Below are positions 25,201-37,925 of a DNA stretch of 64,000 nt, in pieces; position 1 is the stretch's first letter; every line of letters starts with the position of its first letter. The position numbers were made by a program, and so were the translations under genes. The notes under the pieces were generated by a model. It did no database searches. It worked only from the letters and a program-made list of their open reading frames with translations, and was not told the DNA's origin. This DNA comes from Basidiobolus meristosporus CBS 931.73 (lineage: Eukaryota; Fungi; Basidiobolomycota), in assembly GCA_002104905.1 (NCBI GenBank), contig MCFE01000448.1:9428-73427 (forward strand), in the 5' to 3' direction.

Positions 25201-25862
25201 AGACTTGTTCCGTTGGATAGTGCCACATTGAGCCATGAGTGCCAAATGATGCCATAGTGTGCCAGAGAGGCCAAGTAAGCCTATACTTGGCCACAGAGTG
25301 TGAAACATAGATCTGCATCTTCATGCAAAGCAGCCCCTGTGTTTTACCTATGATGCAGGAGAAAATCCATTTTTTGACATTTTTTTGTGGATCAATATTG
25401 TGCAGGATGTGCAAGAGCACTAAAGGATTGAAGACATACATCTGGTACTCAACACCCATGGCACTCTGAATCTAGCTCCTGTGGCTTGTAACATGTCACA
25501 AAAATGTATGGCACTATCTAGTGCCTGATAGTACCAGAGGACCAAGATAGTGCCGTGCATCTTTGTGACATGTTACAAGCCACAGGAGCTAGATCCAGAG
25601 TGTCATGGGTATTGGGTACCATATGCATATCTTCAATCCTTTAGTGCTCTTGCACATCCTGTACAACAGTGACCTAAAAAAAAGGTAAAAAAATGGATTT
25701 TCTCCAACACAATGAGTGAGACACAGGGGCTGCTTTGCATGAAGATGCAGATCTATGTTTCACACTCTGTGGCCAAGTATAGGCTTACTTGGCCTCTCTG
25801 GCACACTATGGCATCATTTGGCACTCATGGCTCAATGTGGCACAATCCAACAGAACAAGTCT
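25201..25862. mobile_element. Second foldback element copy, 662 bp, TSD ATT
   Basis: Same termini. att at 25198-25200 and 25863-25865. The paralogous empty site cttatttATTgttgtgatg at 19241-19260 confirms a 3-bp duplication. Confidence 0.92.
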
Positions 25863-25999
25863 ATTGTTGTAATGATTAATTTGTGAAATCTGGGGTGCAA
25901 CTATTTTTTGACGGTTTTTGCACATTGTCCTGATGGGATCAATACCTCTTAGTCACAGGAATTTAAGCTTGTGATAGCCTTTTGACTGGATCATAGCAA

Positions 26000-27381
26000 T
26001 AATTTTTCATCAAGTATTATCACCATACAGCAGCATTAAGAGCATCATCTTCCCACTAAGAGAATGTGCAGATGTCAGCATGCAATTGCAGCAAAGTTGG
26101 CAAGCAATAAGCTATTGGCAGGAATTTAGATTTAATTGGCAACCCTAGACACTAAGAATAGTGAGTAACTGCTGAAGAAAAAGCCTTCCACTGGGAGTAT
26201 TGAATTGGCTTTTCAACAACATCCCTACACTAATGTTCAAGTTGTACAGGGTACTTCAAGCAGAGTGGGCTTTTAGGATACCAGAGAAGTTTGAAAGAAT
26301 TGGCAAGATAATACAGAGCATCAAGCATTCAAACTACTTCTCACAGACTCCAACTAATATTCATACAAATATGCAACAAAACAAATGCAAGGACTCAATG
26401 AACTGGATATGTATTTATTCAAGTGACCTCCTGAATGCACTTCTACCAAGATTACATTGGAAGCATTGGGAGTCATATGTGAACATTGTAGGAGTACTTA
26501 TCCAGATGTGAATTGCCAATGTCAACTTGATGCATCTACTGCTTTTATGCCAGGAGGCTGTGATGGGATTTGCACAGCTATACTACAAGCATAAAGATTA
26601 ATGCATGGACCTCTGCCACTACTGCATCCATTCTCTGCACCATCTTGCTTGGTGTGTGGAGAATATGGGGCCTTACTTCACCTTTTGAGAGTTTCCTATG
26701 GAGCAGATGTGTGGGGAGATAGGAAAATAAGTCAAGTTGTAGGTTCTACCATATCCCGATGTCATCAAGAACATTACCTTCAATTCCATCATAGATGTGA
26801 TGAGTTGGCCTGTGGAGGACAGCCAAGAAGGGTTGAAAAATACTGAGAACAGATGTGCACATTGGGACACTTATGCCTTTGGCATTAAGAAGCTAAGCAG
26901 CCCCAATGCATTGGTAATCAGTTAAGTAATGCAAAGTTGGGTGGTGTGCAAGAAGCTATTAATTTTTACTAGGAAAGCTTTACCCAGGTATACTGGGTTG
27001 TTCCTGCTAACAAGCTAATCTCTACACAATTCAATATGGTATTTACACAAACAAGATCCTGAGCGTACTTGTAAGGGCAACTAGAATCCAGCAAGGAGAA
27101 GGAATATATTGGTTAAATACCACAAAGCTCTTAGCAGATATTTAGAAGGTATTCAGGGCAAAGTGATGGCAACCAAGCATTTGTTTGCAAGATGTATATG
27201 CTACCAGCAATACAAGGTATATGGCAACTTTGCAAATATCACACTAAAAAGCAGTAAATTTGAGGTGATAGAAAGGTGTCAATTGCAGAAGGTGTGTATG
27301 CATGTAGAGATTTGTACTCAGGGGGCAATGGCTTTTTTTGATTTATACTTTATGAGGATTGCCCACAATAGTGGTGGGTAA
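26000..27381 (+). mobile_element. CACTA/Tnp2 transposase central and C-terminal remnant; its 3' region continues 27743-28380
   Basis: FPLGVLNWLFNNIPTLMFKL (decayed D-x-M-H box), NWICIYSSDLLNALLPRLHWKHW, HSLHHLAWCVENMGPYFTF*EFPMEQMCGEIG. Confidence 0.8.
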
Positions 27382-27386
27382 TCAAA

Positions 27387-27742
27387 TGATACAAGTCTAG
27401 GTATAAGAGTGGTAGAGGAATAAGGAGTTTAGCTAGTATTGTATTTGCTAAAACTTAAGCTGATTTATGGAGGTTCCAGCAGCTCCTTATAGACATTTTT
27501 GCTGGATTAATTGCTGACTATTGGTATATCCTAATGTAGGTTGTGGCTGATGACTCATTTGATTGTATCATCATCACCCAAGAAGATCCTACTTAATATA
27601 CCTATTCCTGTCTGGTAAGGATCTGCTGACTAATGCTACTGATTTGATAGATAACACTGATATACTGATAGGCTAAACATATAACTAATAAATTAGACTA
27701 AAAACGGATCTAACTTAAACATTCAAGCTGTAGATCATAGCA
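27387..27742 (-). mobile_element. Solo LTR of gypsy family A, 4-bp TSD CAAA
   Basis: TGATACAAG...GATCATAGCA with caaa on both flanks. Homologous to the LTRs at 50020-50383 and 52668-53031. Confidence 0.85.
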
Positions 27743-28384
27743 CAAATATATTGGGGTGATTCTATAACAGTATATATGAATGATGCAAGGAAAGTAGCAA
27801 AAAGAAATCCAATTTGGTAATTGGTGTGCTAGCATTATGTAGTACTACCTATAAGCTGCCATTTGGCAGCTATAGGGCCAACTAATGTCTGTATCAAGGC
27901 TGTGAGATTACATTCAAGCTTTGTTTTCAAATATGGCAATTGGATGCACTGGCTGGTTGGGTTTGATCAAATCAGTGTAGGTTTCTATAGAAACATAAAA
28001 ATGCCATTCAAATCCCTTCAAAGGACCATTAAAATACTGTTTGGTTTACTTACCTATTGAGCTGTAGATTCAGCAAAACACTGTTACAATCCCATCATAA
28101 GATTGTGAAGAGGGTCAGCCATTCCAAGCTGCAGGCATTGTGTCAGTCTTATTATGGGATCTACATGATTAATATAAGTTGGATTCACCTGTGGAGCTAA
28201 CTTATTGTGCTCTGGTCAGTTGCTTTCTTCAATTTCATGAAATGGCCACTCTGCTGATCATTGATTGGTAAGGGTATTCTGGCCTTCAGATGGCACTAAG
28301 CTGCCTTGATTGCGCTGAGATTAGCCAAGCTAAAACCTGTTCCCACTGGGGTAGCTGCTACTTTACAGTCTTCCATTTGGCAAT

Positions 28385-29085
28385 AGACTCATTCCTTGTA
28401 ATTTTGCCTCATTGCATTACAATGCCATATAGTGCCATAGTTTGCCATTAAGCTCAAGTAAATGAGTATTTGGCCACCAACTGTGAAGCGTAGCTCCTCA
28501 TCCTCATGCAAAGCAGCCCCTGTGTGTCACCCATTGAGCTCAAAAAATCCATTTTTTGACCTTTTTTTGGGGATTAATGTTGTGCATGCAGTGTAGGTGC
28601 ACAGAGAGACTGAAGACATGCACTTGATACTCAATATGCATGAAACTTGGCATCTAGCTCCAGAAGTTTGTAACATGCCACAAAAATTCATGGCACTATC
28701 TTGGTCCACTGTTACTATCTGGCACTAAAGGTGCACTTTATAGGTTTTACTATTAAGCTAATATCTAAATATAGTGCCAGATAGTACAAGCAGACCAAGA
28801 TAGTGCCATGCATTCTTGTGATATATTACAAACCTTTGGAGCTAGATTCCAAGTGTCATGGGCATTAAGTATCAAGTGCGTGTCTTTTACTCTTGTGTGC
28901 TCTTACACATCATATGCAACGTTTATCCTAGACAAAGGGTCCAAAAATGGATTTGCCATCACAGTGGATGAGACACAGTAACTATTTTGCATGGGAATGT
29001 GTAATTAAACTTTACATTGGATGGACAAGTATAGGTCTGCTATGCTGCTCTGGCACATTACAGCACCACTGGTGCAAAGGTCTCA
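28385..29085. mobile_element. Third, older foldback element copy, in opposite orientation
   Basis: The left end reads aat|AGACTC. The arms are recognisable and the spacer is the reverse complement of the 21475 spacer. The right terminus is decayed, so the end coordinate is approximate. Confidence 0.75.
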
Positions 29086-29129
29086 GTGTACTCCAGTTCT
29101 TTGGTTTAAGAGTATTCTTTAACCTCAAG

Positions 29130-31140
29130 CCTTACTTTGTTGCTTTCAGTGTAACCATTTGCCTAATATTTTGCCTTGAACATCTGTCTACTGCCAAATG
29201 ACTCTTGGTTCAATGATCATTTGATCAAGTTGCAAGCTTGCTTTTCTGTCAGGGCCAGGTACATCCCAGTCATTGCATACTGCCATAACTTTGACTGAGG
29301 GCTATTAAGGGCCTCCACTACAGTGTGGGGCACATTGCTATTGACTGAACTGACACTGGCTAGGTCTGTGTTGTATTCAAGAGAAAAGTGTAATAAACCC
29401 TTCAATGGTATAACTGAGCCTAAGTGACAGCTATGTGCAGAATCTTAGAATTGTCAGAGAGTGGTGGGAATATTAGCAGAGATGCTCTGGTGCTATATAG
29501 GTCTTGTACATAGCTGGGTTTGGCTATAAAGGCAACAGAGTTGGTTTGCTCTGCAGACTAGGCTTTGTGTTCTTGAAAATGCTAGATATGCTTGGCTTGG
29601 GTAGAAGCTAGAATGCGAATATTGAGTACATAATTTTGCTGAGACACAATCCTCATTACATTGAGATATACACTAAGCCAAAAGGTTCAATAGACCTTAT
29701 TTATACTTTTAGGATCAAGTTGAATTAGTAAGTGCCAAGAGACTGGAATAGTTGAGATCAGTTTAGCTGCTGATAGGCACAGACAATAAATTGAGTCATC
29801 AATCAGCTAATGTCTTGGCTACTGCCAAGTGGATGGATAGATCTCAGCTGACTAATAACTTGGAAAGGCTTAGTAGTTCAGTTAAGGATGTAATAACCAT
29901 ATGAAAGTAAGTTGAGTGTGATAGCTAAAAATAAACTCCAAGAAGCAACAAAATGAGCTATAACAGGGACCAGTTATGTTGAGGTTTAGGGTAAATCAGA
30001 TAGGGAACTAGATTTCCTGACAGTATAAGATTGGCCAAGTTTTAAATGTTGATGCTCAACAGTGTGTACCATGATAAATATAGTAACTTGGGCCATTTCT
30101 AATCAGCTTGGATCTACTGCCTTGCAATACTTGATTGATTACTTCTGCAATATTCCTGTGCACTGTTTCATACGGATCTATTGTTACTGAATCCTTAGGG
30201 GTGAAATACCTTTCATTGCTCTGAACTGAAACTGTCCTGCTTCCTAGTGGACTTGTGATAAAATCTTGTAATTGTCTGATGTTATTATTTATGAAAGTTA
30301 GAGCATTCATTCAACAAAGCATCTGATGATTGAATCAGCTACTTTTCTTTTGTATTGTAGAGTCTGTATGCCAAACTCTCATTGTATAACCCAGAAATAT
30401 GCATATTTTACTTTTTGGCTCATTGATAATTTCTGGGCAGTTTCTTGGAGTATGCTCCACAACCCAATATTATTAGGTGCTCTGCACTTGGTCTATGTCC
30501 ACACCATTCCTCAAGGAGAGTAGAATCACAAACTACTCTGCTAGCACTTCTTCATCTCAGATATAGTGCTGCAGTTACTAATTTCACCAAAACTCAAAGT
30601 ATAAATTTTGATCATTGATCTGAAGGCACATTCTGTCACTTGACTTTACTGTGGGGAGTACTGCATAGTAGTCTTTTGATATAGCATGTGAGTTTTAAGA
30701 TGTGGATGAAGAGTTATGAGGCATAGTGTACACCATTGTTAAAGCATATTTTCTGATTTTTTGACCTGTTTCTTTCTGCACCATGTCTTCTGACTTCCTG
30801 AGCCTAGACAATGCTTCTTCTGTTTTATCCATGCAGTAGACTGGCATATATCTTGCTTATTCCTCAAATAAAGCTTTTATTTATTATGCCTACAGATACA
30901 CTGTGCATAGGCTTACACAGATCCATGTAAGTTAGATCTGAATTTTTCTTAGGGTTGATTAACCCAGAGTTTGCAAGTGATTGTCTGGCTTGTTTCCCCA
31001 TTATGCAGTCTTCACTGTGGGCTCTATCAGCTGGGGGAAAAGCTTTCAATCTGGAGGTTAGTTGATATACTATCATTACACTCAAATCATCAAGATTGAT
31101 GGGCAAAGTCTCCTGTGGCAAAGTATTGGTGCTTCTGTAG
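29130..31140 (-). mobile_element. Decayed copia-D-like element (GAG-pre-integrase, integrase core, start of RT), interrupted by solo LTR-C
   Basis: The reverse complement aligns with 33800-34900 and reads DLTYMDLCKPM..., AYRL..., NVPHTVVEALNSPQSKLW. Confidence 0.75.
29369..30061 (+). mobile_element. Solo LTR-C (~693 bp), 5-bp TSD GTCTG/GTGTG
   Basis: TGTTGTATTC...GCTCAACA. The host copia frame rejoins across it. Homologous to 13557-14255. Confidence 0.85.
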
Positions 31141-31479
31141 TCAAGTTACTTATGTTTACTACCAGATATGAACAAGTGAATGGCAACTTGTATGGATTCT
31201 GATGACTGATACTCAATTGAAATGAGCACCATATCAATAAGTAATCCTGCATTCAGAACTGTCAAAGCTTAGACTGAGTCCTTCTGCTTCCTTATTGATT
31301 TGGCCGCACATGTGTATCCACTTGGGATAAGCCATCAGAATTCCACAATGAGTCTGTCACTAGGCCAGCAGCTTGGAATTATTAACCTTCCACATAATTG
31401 TATAACAGGATTTTAGGGGTATTTTGCAGATTTTACTGCTAAATTAATCTGGATATTGACAGTGCTTGAGCAGTTCTTT

Positions 31480-32140
31480 GACAAGAATTGCTAAACACTC
31501 TGATGGCCCTAATGCACTCTACATTTACGGAGGCAGAACTAACCAGCTAATACATTCAATTGCCTTATGTGGCAACACTTGAATTACCCCTCCTTATTTG
31601 TTGACTCACTACTAACTTGGGTATTCCATATATAGCTCATATCAAAGAAAACAACAGACTCCTGCTTAGTAACCATTGCATATTCACATACCTGTTGCAA
31701 TTGACACACTTCTTTCATCTCAACTCTGCAACTTTTCTTTTAGCTTCTTGGACCCCACCCAACTCTGCAGTACCTAACTGATTACCAATGCATTGGGGCT
31801 GCTTAGCTTCTTAATGGCAAAGGCATAGGTGTTTATATATGCCCAACTGTTCTCAGTATTTTCCAACTCTTCCTGGCAGTCTACTATGTGCCTACTCATC
31901 ACATTTGTGACAGACTTAGAGGTTACATTCTTGATGAGACTGGGATAGGGTATGACCTGCAACTCCACTTGGCTTCCTATCTTCCCACACATCTGCTTCA
32001 TAGGAGACTCCCAAAGGGTCACCCAAGGTAGCCAGAAGAATACCAGCAAGGGACAAGTAGGCAGAAATAGATGCAGCAGTGCAGTATCTATTAAGGAGAA
32101 ATTGTTGCTCAATATAAGAGGCACTAATACATAGTAGCAA
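31480..32140 (-). mobile_element. CACTA transposase C-terminal remnant
   Basis: ORF 31774-32208 contains WLPWVTLWESPMKQMCGKIG and aligns with the other copies. Confidence 0.7.
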
Positions 32141-32572
32141 TCAACTTGTGGCTTTCTCAGGACCATAACCAGCAGGGCTGAAAGCTCAAAACTGTTGTAA
32201 AAATTCATATTTCCACCTAATTATTCACCTAACTTAGTCACTTAGATCATTACCTTCAAATCCTAGAAAATACTGACCAAATTCCTTGTTGGGATTTACT
32301 TAGAATATTTTCACCAAAATACCAGGTACCCAGAACATGAAAATTCTCAAAGTTGTCCAAACAGCCCCAAACTTTGCACACATGTTCTTGGGACCTTCCT
32401 TAACCTATTCTATGTGCTTGCTATGCAAAGACCAGGTAAAAGTATAAATACCACTTTTACAATCAATAAATCATTAAGTGAAAACCACATAATCTACTTG
32501 TTCTCCAAATCACTTCCAATATCTCCAAGACTCTTACAACAGGTTATCAGCCCCAAGCTGTCACTCTCTGCA

Positions 32573-33214
32573 ATGTCTACTACTGCTATTACTGGAATTT
32601 TTCCCTCTGCTGAAAAGTTGGATGGCTCTAACTACCAAGTGTGGAAGGTGAAGATGAAGATGCTGCTAGAAGAAAGAGGCCTTTGGGATATTGTCATGGG
32701 AGAAGAATGCCCTCCTAAAGACGTGGGAGAGGAAGCCTTAAAGTACCAGAAGAAAGAACAAAGTGCCTTTAACTGCATTTGCCTTAATGTCAAGGACAAA
32801 TTGCTAATTCAATGCTCAAGAGAAAAAATGGCAAAGAATGCCTGGAAGGCATTAGAAGACACCTACCAGTCATGTTCAGCTGCCAAGAAAATGTATCTGA
32901 GAAGAAAATTCTTTACTACAAAGATGCTGCCAGGAGAAGAAATGAAAAATCTAATTAACAGAATCACCCTGCTGGTAGATGAGATGGAATCTGTGGGCGT
33001 ATCAACTACTGATGAGGATGTGATAGTTACCATCCTGAATAGCCTGACAGACAAGTTTCAGGGCCTTGTATCAGCCCTAGAGTCCAGAACTGAAGATTTG
33101 ACCTTAAATTATGTATATGGAAGGCTCCTGGATGAAGAATTAAGAAAATCAAGCGCCAATAAGAAGGAAGAAGAAAATGCTTTAATAAGCAATGATAACC
33201 AACAAAGGAGGTAA
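32573..33214 (+). pseudogene. gag: Copia-D gag (frameshifted before the zinc knuckle)
   Basis: KLDGSNYQVWKVKMKMLLEERGLWDIV...YLRRKF. The CNYC..KGH....C knuckle lies in another frame at ~33250. Confidence 0.85.
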
Positions 33215-33376
33215 CCAAGACCCTACAAAGGCAACAGCAACCTATTTTGCAACTACAGCAAAAGGAAAGGACACACATCAGACCGGTGTTTCAAAAAGTG
33301 AGATTATCAGCAAAAGAAGCCTGAATATGGAAATGCTGCAACAACTGAAGATAGACTATTCATATCTGCACTAAAT

Positions 33377-36331
33377 ATGACCACAAACAAGGATTCTCAG
33401 ACGTGGTATATTGACTCTGGAGCTTCTCAACACTTAGCACACCAAAAAGAACTTTTTACCCAATATCAAGAAATTCCAATTAAGAAGATTTTCATGGGTG
33501 ACAATAGAACACTTGATGCAGTGGGAGAAGGAACTATCCAAGTAAACCTAAGAAGCAGTGAAGGAAGCCATACACTGACCTTTAAAGAAGTACTCTATGT
33601 ACCAGAAATAGCCAAGAACCTACTCTCTGTAAGCAAGGCCACAGCAGAAGGACTCAGTTTCAGTTTTGACAATTCTGGATGCAGGATCACTGATCAAAAT
33701 GGTGCTCATATTGCCTTGGGCATCAGAGATCAGAATCTATACAAGTTGACTTATATTCCATCATATCTGGAAGCCAATATAAGTAACTTAAATGAAGAAA
33801 CACCAATGCTTTGGCACAGGAGATTTGGACACATCAATTTTGATTATTTGCGTAAAATGATCAAAGATCAGCTAATTTCTGGAGTGAAAATTGATCCCCC
33901 CGCTAATTTGGAGCACTGTGAAGCCTGCATATATGGGAAACAAGCCAGACAACCGTTCAAGAGCTCTGGGTTAATCAAAACTAAGAAAAAAATTAGATTA
34001 AGAAAATACGCTCTGACAATGGTGAAGAATATACCTCAAAACTCTTCATCCACTTCTACAAAATTCATGGGATAAAGCAAGAGACTACTGTACCATACTC
34101 CCCACAGCAAAATGGAGTAGCAGAACAAGCTAACAGATCAATAATTGATATGGCAAGATCTATGATCCATGATCAAAAATTATCCTATGATTTTTGGATG
34201 GAATCAGTTGCCACTGCTGTATATCTTAAAAATAGGAGTTATAACGGAATGCTTTGTGATTCTACTCCATTTGAAGCATGGTATGGATACAGACCAAGTG
34301 CAGAACATCTAAGAATATTTGGGTACAGCATATGCCAAAAAACTGGCCGGAAATCAGTCAAAATTTGCGCCAAAAAGTGTAAAATGCATATATTTGGGCT
34401 ACTGCAATGAGAGTAAGGCATACAGACTCCACAATACCAAAGCAAAGAAGCTTATCAAGTCCAGGGATGTGTTGTTTGATCAAAATTCAAAATTTTCACA
34501 AAAAATGACATCAGATGATGATGAAAATTTGATCTCAAGTCCACCAATTGTTAGGATTGAATCAGAGCAAAACAATGAAATTTTTTTCACTCCAGAGGAC
34601 TCTACAACCGTGGTTCAGCCAGAATCAGTGCCCAGGAATATCCCAGAAGTGATCATTCCAGTATCAAATGCCTGGAGATCAAATCAGACAAGAAATAGCC
34701 CAAATTACTATATCAATGAGGGTACAAACTTAGCCTATGCCTATTCAGTCCATGTTGATGAACCCCAGACTGTAAAAGAGGCCCTAAATAGCCCTCAGAC
34801 AAAGTTTTGGAGATCTTCAATGACTGAGGAGTATCAGGCACTGATGGAAAATCAAACTTGGGACTTAGTCAAATTACTAATCAACCAAAAATCAATTGGA
34901 TGCAGATGGGTCTTCAAGACAAAATACAAGGCTGATGGTACAATTGAAAGATACAAAGCAAGACTTGTAGCCAAAGGATACTCTCAAACAAAAGGACTTG
35001 ACTATACTGAGACCTTTGCACCGGTAGCCAAGTTTAATTCCATCAGATTAATTTTGGCTATTGCAGCAAAATATAAGTTTTTTATTCATCAAATGGATGT
35101 AAAAACTGCATTTTTGAATGGAGAACTTGATGAGGACGTGTATATGGACCAGCCTGATGGGTTTGTTGACCAAAATAACCCCCATTTGGTCTGCAAGCTT
35201 AAAAAGCCACTATATGGTCTCAAACAATCACCAAGAGCCTGGAATTGCGAGATAGATTCTTATTTGGAATCCTTGAGTTTCAAAAGAAGTAATGCTGACT
35301 ATAGTATATACTATAAGCCAGATAGAGCAAATCCAGCTCTATTAGCTCTATATGTGGATGATCTTATTATAGCCGCCAATATCCTAGAAACATTGGAAGA
35401 GACTAAATCCTGCCTATCTAAGGAGTTCAAGATGTCTGATTTAGGAGAACTTGGTTACTACCTAGGGATTAAGTTCTCCATAGACAGAAGTACCCAGACT
35501 ATTACCCTAAGCCAATCCAAGTATATTCAAGATATACTAAAGAAGTACAAAATGGAAGACTGTAAACCGGCAGCTACCCCAATGGAGACAAACCTTAACT
35601 TGGTCAAAACTCAACCAAATCAAGAGAGCTTGGTGCCATCTGAAAGCCCTGACTTTCCTTATCGATCTATAGTTGGCAGTCTGATGTATATCATGCTTGG
35701 AACACGTCCAGATATCTCATATTCAGTGGTAGTTGTCAGCCAACATAGTCAGAACTATGGATCTGATCATATTGCAGCAGTTAAGCGGATTTTTAGATAC
35801 CTAAAAGGAACTGCTGATATTTGCTTAAGATACACTTATAAGGACTCAGAAAAAGATCTTGTGGGATACTCTGATGCAGATTGGGGACAAAATTTGGAAG
35901 ACAGAAGATCCACCACAGGATACACCTTTCTTTACTGTAAAGGAGCAATTTCATGGAATTCAAGAAAGCAACCAACCATAGCACTTTCTACTACAGAGGC
36001 AGAGTATATGGCAGCCTGTGAAGCTACAAAAGAAGCAATGTGGTTAAGAAAGCTCTTTACAGATTTAGGCCTATGTCAAAAAACGCCTATTACTTTATTT
36101 CAAGACAATCTAGGATGTATACAATTAGGTAGAAATCCAACTTTTCATGCTAGAACCAAGCACATAGATATTAGACATCATTTCATATGTGAAGCTATAG
36201 AGAATAGCTTAGTTAGCTTAGTTTACTGTCCTACAGATGAAGTGATTGCAGACATATTTACCAAACCATTAGCTAGAGACAAGTTTGAATATCTTAGGTC
36301 AAAATTAGGACTAGTCAGTATGAACATTTAG
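33377..36331 (+). pseudogene. pol: Copia-D pol: protease, GAG-pre-integrase, partly deleted integrase, open RT-RNase H (34319-36331)
   Basis: WYIDSGAS, LWHRRFGH...CEAC, YKARLVAKGY, QMDVKTAFLNG, LYVDDL, GYSDADW, RTKHIDIRHH. Broken by a deletion and frameshifts between 33980 and 34320. Confidence 0.9.
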
Positions 36332-36691
36332 CTGAGTGGGAGTGTTGTAAAAATTTGTATTTCCACCTAAATACTCACCTAGCTTAGTCACTTAGATCAT
36401 TACCTTCAAATCCTAGAAAATACTGACCAAATTCCTTGTTGGGATTTACTTAGAATATTTTCACCAAAATACCAGGTACCCAGAACATGAAAATTCTCAA
36501 AGTTGTCCAAACAGCCCCACACTTTGCACACATGTTCTTGGGACCTTCCTTAACCTATTCTATGTGTTTGTTATGCCAAGACCAGGTAAAAGTATAAATA
36601 CTACTTTTACAATCAATAAATCATTAAGTGAAAACCACATAATCTACTTGTTCTCCAAATCACTTCCAATATCTCCAAGACTCTGACAACA

Positions 36692-37420
36692 AAAACAAGC
36701 AGCAAAGAAACATCAGGTTGATGGGAGAGTGTAGGTAAGGGCAAGCAGGCTGAAACAGACACATTGGTGTAGCACTTATCACAGAGAAAATGTAGCCCAA
36801 TACATAAACACTTAGTCACAGTAGCAGTGAAGGAACTGACAGTGGTAGAAGCCTGTGGTTCTCTCAGAAGCCTGTCACAGGTGTGATTGAAAGTGCCAAA
36901 CAAGTGGCAAAGAAATGTTAGGCTGTCAGCAGAGTGCTGGCAAGGGGCAAGCAGGCAAAGATGGACATATCATTGCAGCATTTACTGAGGAGAAAACATG
37001 GTACAATGCAAAAAGCACTCAGTCAAAGTGGCAGTGTTGAAGGTAAAGGCAAATAAAAAAAGTCTGCCCAAGCCAGTGACAGGGAAGCATGAGAAAAAAG
37101 CTGCTGCTCTGACCTATAACATTGTTGGCCTAGAACAGGATAAATCCCTCAATTGCCAAGAAGAGTTACCAAGAGGACTACAGCTATTTGCACAAGAGTC
37201 AGAAGCACAGGCAGTTGAGCTACACTTCAGTTAGGTAGATGAGTTTGCGGAGAAAAGCAAGCTGTCTGCCACTGCCTCCATGTCTCCATTGTTGACAGGT
37301 TAGAGATCCTTCTGAGAGACAAAGCAACAATGTCAAGTGTTCAAAAGACTATCACAATGCCTAGAGTGAGATTCTGGAACATCAACCATACACCAAGTGG
37401 TTGCAAGCATTGTTAGTATA
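36692..37420 (+). pseudogene. ORF2 repeat-region remnant (host site of copia-D)
   Basis: Aligns with 18050-18730 (KKHSVKVAV..., LFAQESEAQAVELH). Confidence 0.55.
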
Positions 37421-37659
37421 TTCAGCAGTATATATTGCAAACAGCTAAGAAGCAAAAGCTACTCTAAAGTTATGTTTGAGGATGCCTTTGCCTTTGCACT
37501 TGATTGATTCTCACTGAACAAGTACTCTGCCAGTAAGTCCTGCCAGCCACTGATTCCCATCAAACTGAATTGGCTGCCACCTGGATGGTACCAGAGCAAA
37601 AATTCAATGTTAGTCTCACTGGTATCTGAACTTTGTATGCTATCCAGCTGGATACTTGT

Positions 37660-37925
37660 TAGTATGTTCCCTGACCCAAAGATAACTAATCCCTGTAGTG
37701 GTTTATTTTATCACTTCTCAGAATCTACTTTCAGGTTTGACACCTGATCAATTTGCATGTGGTCTTTACTTCTTCAACCAATCTGCTAAGCCTTTCCAAG
37801 CAATTTGCCATATGAGATCTATCTAACCACTTAGTAGTTGCTGAGACATCACATGGTTGATGATGCAATTTTCATGTATCTTGTGTGCCTATCAAGCACC
37901 CAAGCTGTTTTCAATTGATCCATAT
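37660..37925 (-). mobile_element. Partial LTR-C, inverted
   Basis: Reverse complement of ~13940-14190 (tggtttatttt atcacttctcagaatcta...). Confidence 0.7.

Larger units (their letters stand above)
32193..36691 (+). mobile_element. Ty1/copia element (family D), 4.5 kb, both 349-bp LTRs (32193-32541, 36343-36691), TSD AAAAC; defective
   Basis: TGTTG..CAACA LTRs with about 11 differences. PBS-like GGTTATCAGCCC directly after the 5' LTR, PPT GAGTGGGAG, domain order gag-PR-IN-RT-RH, and aaaac on both flanks. Confidence 0.95.

Noticed and set aside
21475-25862. CRISPR-like or operator array suggested by recurring GTGCCA motifs
   Set aside because: The motifs are irregularly spaced inside inverted arms with TSDs. 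There is no repeat-spacer periodicity or cas gene, and the context is eukaryotic.
32414-32572. N-terminal extension of copia-D gag
   Set aside because: It lies inside the 5' LTR and PBS. The likely start is the ATG at 32573.
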